Part shown: piece after piece, positions 17,222 through 19,666 of the stretch
How positions within the stretch are numbered: position 1 is the stretch's first letter
Layout of the letters: each line of letters starts with the position of its first letter
Source: a virus
Length of the DNA stretch: 19,666 bases
Virus genome (UHGV): UHGV-0176920
Direction: 5' to 3' (one strand)
Program-made: the position numbers and the translations under genes
The notes under the pieces: generated by a model
What the model was told of the DNA's origin: nothing
The model's database searches: none
What the model saw: only the letters and a program-made list of their open reading frames with translations

Positions 17222-17647
17222 ATGAAGAAATTATCCCTTTCACTGATGCTGAACGTGTCGCTGGCGCTGATGCTGGCACTGTCCCTGATTTACCCGCAGA
17301 GCGTGGCCGTCAGTTTTGTCGCCACCTGGGCGATTCTGGCGACGGTTATCTGTGTGGTTGCCGGTGGTGTCGGCGTGTATGCCACGGAGTATGTGCTGGA
17401 ACGCTACGGGCGGGAGCTGCCGCCGGAATCGCTGGCCGTGAAGATTGTCACGTCGCTGTTTTTGCAGCCGGTGCCGTGGCGCAGACGGGCGGCGGCTCTG
17501 GTGGTGATGGTGGCGACGTTTATCTCGCTGGTCGCTGCCGGGTGGATTTTTACTGCGCTGATTTACCTCGTGGCGTCGGTGTTCTTCCGGCTGATACGTA
17601 CGGCCTGCCGTCAGCGTTTTGAGGGGCGGGAACCATGTCAAAGCTGA
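17222..17647 (+). CDS. lysA: Lysis accessory membrane protein LysA (P2-like), 141 aa
   Basis: 141-aa ORF with multiple hydrophobic helices after K; P2 lysA length and position. Confidence 0.8.
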   Translation: MKKLSLSLMLNVSLALMLALSLIYPQSVAVSFVATWAILATVICVVAGGVGVYATEYVLERYGRELPPESLAVKIVTSLFLQPVPWRRRAAALVVMVATFISLVAAGWIFTALIYLVASVFFRLIRTACRQRFEGREPCQS

Positions 17648-18060
17648 TGATTGTACTGGTTGTGTTGTTATCGCTGGCGGTGGCGGGGCTGTTTCTGGTG
17701 AAACATAAAAATGCCAGCCTGCGCGCCTCGCTGGACAGGGCGAACAACGTCGCCAGCGGGCAGCAGACGACTATCACCATGCTGAAAAATCAGCTTCATG
17801 TTGCCCTCACCAGAGCAGACAAAAACGAGCTGGCGCAGGTGGTACTGCGTCAGGAACTGGAGAACGCCGCGAAGCGTGAAGCACAGCGCGAGAAAACCAT
17901 CACGAGGTTACTCAATGAAAACGAAGATTTTCGCCGCTGGTACGGCGCTGACCTGCCTGATGTTGTGCGCCGGTTGCACCAGCGTCCGGCCTGCACCGAC
18001 GCCAGTGATTGTCGCCAACGCCTGCCCGAAAGTGAGCCTTTGCCCGATGCCGGGCAGTGA
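17635..18060 (+). CDS. lysB: LysB, Rz-like inner-membrane spanin component, 141 aa
   Basis: N-terminal transmembrane helix (MSKLMIVLVVLLSLAVAGLFLV) followed by a coiled-coil-like charged region; P2 lysB length. Confidence 0.8.
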   Translation: MSKLMIVLVVLLSLAVAGLFLVKHKNASLRASLDRANNVASGQQTTITMLKNQLHVALTRADKNELAQVVLRQELENAAKREAQREKTITRLLNENEDFRRWYGADLPDVVRRLHQRPACTDASDCRQRLPESEPLPDAGQ

Positions 18061-18205
18061 CCCGCAGACGAACGGCGATTTAAGTGCTGATATCCGGCAG
18101 CTTGAGAACGCGCTGGCACGCTGTGCCAGCCAGGTAAAAATGATTAAACACTGTCAGGACGAAAACGATGCTCAAACCCGACAGCCTGCGCAGGGCGCTG
18201 ACTGA
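17915..18205 (+). CDS. lysC: LysC, Rz1-like outer-membrane lipoprotein spanin, 96 aa, embedded out of frame in lysB and overlapping R
   Basis: ATG 17915 inside ORF-track ORF 17798..18205 gives MKTKIFAAGTALTCLMLCAGCTS… with a lipobox-like LCAGC and a proline-rich mature part; P2 lysC length. Confidence 0.7.
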   Translation: MKTKIFAAGTALTCLMLCAGCTSVRPAPTPVIVANACPKVSLCPMPGSDPQTNGDLSADIRQLENALARCASQVKMIKHCQDENDAQTRQPAQGAD

Positions 18206-18635
18206 CGCCGTCACGGTGCTGAAAACCAGTCCCGAGATGCTGCGGATATTCGTGGATAACGGGAGTATTGCCTCCACACTGGCGACGTCTATGTCATTCG
18301 AAAAGCGTTACACGCTCAATGTGATTGTGACCGACTTTACCGGTGATTTTGACCTGCTCATTGTGCCGGTGCTGGCGTGGCTGCGGGAAAATCAGCCAGA
18401 CATCATGACCACCGACGAAGGCCAGAAAAAGGGCTTCACGTTTTATGCAGACATCAACAATGACAGCAGCTTTGATATCAGCATCAGCCTGATGCTGACC
18501 GAGCGCACGCTGGTCAGTGAGGTGGAAGGCGCGCTACATGTGAAGAATATCCCGGAACCTCCGCCGCCGGAGCCGGTTACCCGCCCGATGGAGCTGTATA
18601 TCAATGGCGAACTGGTGAGCAAGTGGGATGAATGA
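18168..18635 (+). CDS. R: Tail completion protein R (P2 gpR-like), 155 aa
   Basis: 155-aa ORF at the P2 R position; stop overlaps the S start. Confidence 0.85.
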   Translation: MLKPDSLRRALTDAVTVLKTSPEMLRIFVDNGSIASTLATSMSFEKRYTLNVIVTDFTGDFDLLIVPVLAWLRENQPDIMTTDEGQKKGFTFYADINNDSSFDISISLMLTERTLVSEVEGALHVKNIPEPPPPEPVTRPMELYINGELVSKWDE

Positions 18636-19080
18636 GTTTAAGCGTTTTGAAGACCGGCTGACCGGACTGACTGAATCGCTGTCACCGTCAGGGCGTCGGC
18701 GACTGAGCGCCGAACTGGCGAAACGTCTGCGTCAGAGTCAGCAGCGTCGGGTGATGGCACAGAAAGCCCCGGACGGCACACCCTACGTGCCACGCCAGCA
18801 GCAGAGCGCCAGAAAAAAGACCGGTCGTGTTAAGCGAAAAATGTTTGCGAAACTTATCACCAGTCGTTTTTTGCATATCCGCGCCAGCCCGGAACAGGCA
18901 TCAATGGAGTTTTACGGCGGGAAGTCGCCGAAAATTGCCAGTGTGCATCAGTTCGGTCTGTCGGAAGAAACCCGGAAAGACGGTAAGAAAACTGATTATC
19001 CGGCGCGTCCTCTGCTCGGCTTTACCGGTGAGGATGTGCAGATGATTGAAGAGATTATCCTGGCTCACCTTGAGCGTTAG
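18628..19080 (+). CDS. S: Tail completion protein S (P2 gpS-like), 150 aa
   Basis: 150-aa ORF following R; P2 S length and position. Confidence 0.85.
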   Translation: MNEFKRFEDRLTGLTESLSPSGRRRLSAELAKRLRQSQQRRVMAQKAPDGTPYVPRQQQSARKKTGRVKRKMFAKLITSRFLHIRASPEQASMEFYGGKSPKIASVHQFGLSEETRKDGKKTDYPARPLLGFTGEDVQMIEEIILAHLER

Positions 19081-19110
19081 TTTTATCCAGGCAGAGGCTG
19101 ATGCGCAATT

Positions 19111-19145
19111 AAACATTGAGCGGCCGTGCTGGTCGCTCAATGTTT
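19111..19145. terminator. Perfect 12-bp inverted repeat (AAACATTGAGCG / CGCTCAATGTTT) between convergent S and the minus-strand cargo ORF; possible bidirectional terminator
   Basis: Arms at 19111-19122 and 19134-19145 with an 11-nt loop, read directly. No canonical U-tract on either side, hence low confidence. Confidence 0.35.
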
Positions 19146-19151
19146 AGAGGT

Positions 19152-19616
19152 TTATGAGTGGTTTTTATTTGATGCTTTGTATTCTAAAACCTTCTTATTG
19201 GCGTAAAGGAATTTTGTGTATGACAGGAATATAAATAGACCTGAAATGAAATAGATTAGGGATATTATTAATAATGTTTTTCTGTGGCTGTTATTATCTT
19301 TAATCTCCTGACTTAACCATTCGGAGTCCTCCTCGTTTAGCTGTAAGAGCTTATTGCAGGCGATTGCAGGAAGTGTGTCTGTTACAAAAGTGTTCTGCAG
19401 TCTCTTGCAATCGGCAATGCTAAAAGCTTTATAGAACTTATCTGTTTTATTGTCGGAGAACAAAAGAACCTTGTCATTATAAACATGGTACATCATATTT
19501 TTATATGGTATGGCTATGGCATCCTCTACTATGGCAGATTGCTCGTTGTGTATGCAACATGCGAAGATAATATAAAGAATTCCGGCCAGGTGCGTATTTT
19601 CATGAAAGGAGATCAC
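19152..19616 (-). CDS. Hypothetical membrane-anchored protein, 154 aa, cargo at the S-V variable locus (P2 orf30 position)
   Basis: Minus-strand AT-rich ORF with a C-terminal hydrophobic helix (TLLIISLIYFISGLFIFLSY). The ORF begins with GTG directly after an in-frame stop, so the start is uncertain; the next in-frame ATG would give ~114 aa. Confidence 0.55.
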   Translation of the reverse strand: MISFHENTHLAGILYIIFACCIHNEQSAIVEDAIAIPYKNMMYHVYNDKVLLFSDNKTDKFYKAFSIADCKRLQNTFVTDTLPAIACNKLLQLNEEDSEWLSQEIKDNNSHRKTLLIISLIYFISGLFIFLSYTKFLYANKKVLEYKASNKNHS

Positions 19617-19666
19617 TCAATAACTTCCATCGAGATCGGGTAATAACATTTGAACAGATCGCTGAA

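Larger units (their letters stand above)
206..19666. mobile_element. P2-like temperate phage / prophage, int-proximal part (att core through gene S and start of the S-V cargo locus); continues beyond the window end
   Basis: Complete P2 synteny with protein lengths matching P2 as I recall them (Int 337, C 99, Cox 91, B 166, A 761, Q 344, P 590, O 284, N 357, M 247, L 169, X 67, Y 93, K 165, LysA 141, LysB 141, LysC 96, R 155, S 150). att core-like sequence at the int-distal side and cos-like 19-mer between the cargo and Q. Confidence 0.85.

Noticed and set aside
13239-17641. Antisense ORFs within the late operon (e.g. 13239..13697, 15017..15616, 15908..16354, 17240..17641)
   Set aside because: They overlap well-supported plus-strand structural and lysis genes and have Arg/Ser-rich shadow-frame composition.
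1-19666. Looked for tRNA, rRNA, CRISPR repeats and IS-element terminal inverted repeats or transposase genes
   Set aside because: No cloverleaf-like GC-rich ~75-nt segment, no regularly spaced direct repeats, and no transposase-like ORF were seen; the cargo appears to be inserted without a recognisable mobile element.

Overview
This window is the int-proximal ~19.5 kb of a P2-like (Peduovirus-type) temperate phage or prophage, in P2 gene order: an att core-like sequence (206-232), int and repressor C on the minus strand, then the early operon cox-orf78-B-orf80-orf81-orf82-orf83-A on the plus strand. After A comes an AT-rich cargo island (~7.2-9.6 kb), then a cos-like site (9720-9738), divergent Q-P (minus) and O-N-M-L-X-Y-K-lysA-lysB-lysC-R-S (plus), and a second AT-rich cargo gene after S. 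Gene calls rest on recalled P2 protein sequences and lengths, synteny, start/stop coupling and motifs read by eye; no searches were run. The most interesting region is the cargo island at the P2 tin/old position: a DUF2158-like small ORF plus a 226-aa ORF on the plus strand, converging on a 313-aa ORF on the minus strand. None of these has a family signature I can recognise, so they are candidates for an undescribed anti-phage or exclusion module, with function inferred from position only. A second notable item is a PAPS-reductase (PP-loop) family gene inserted between orf83 and A whose N-terminal SGGKDS motif is out of frame with the rest of the gene. No rRNA, tRNA, CRISPR array or IS element was seen.
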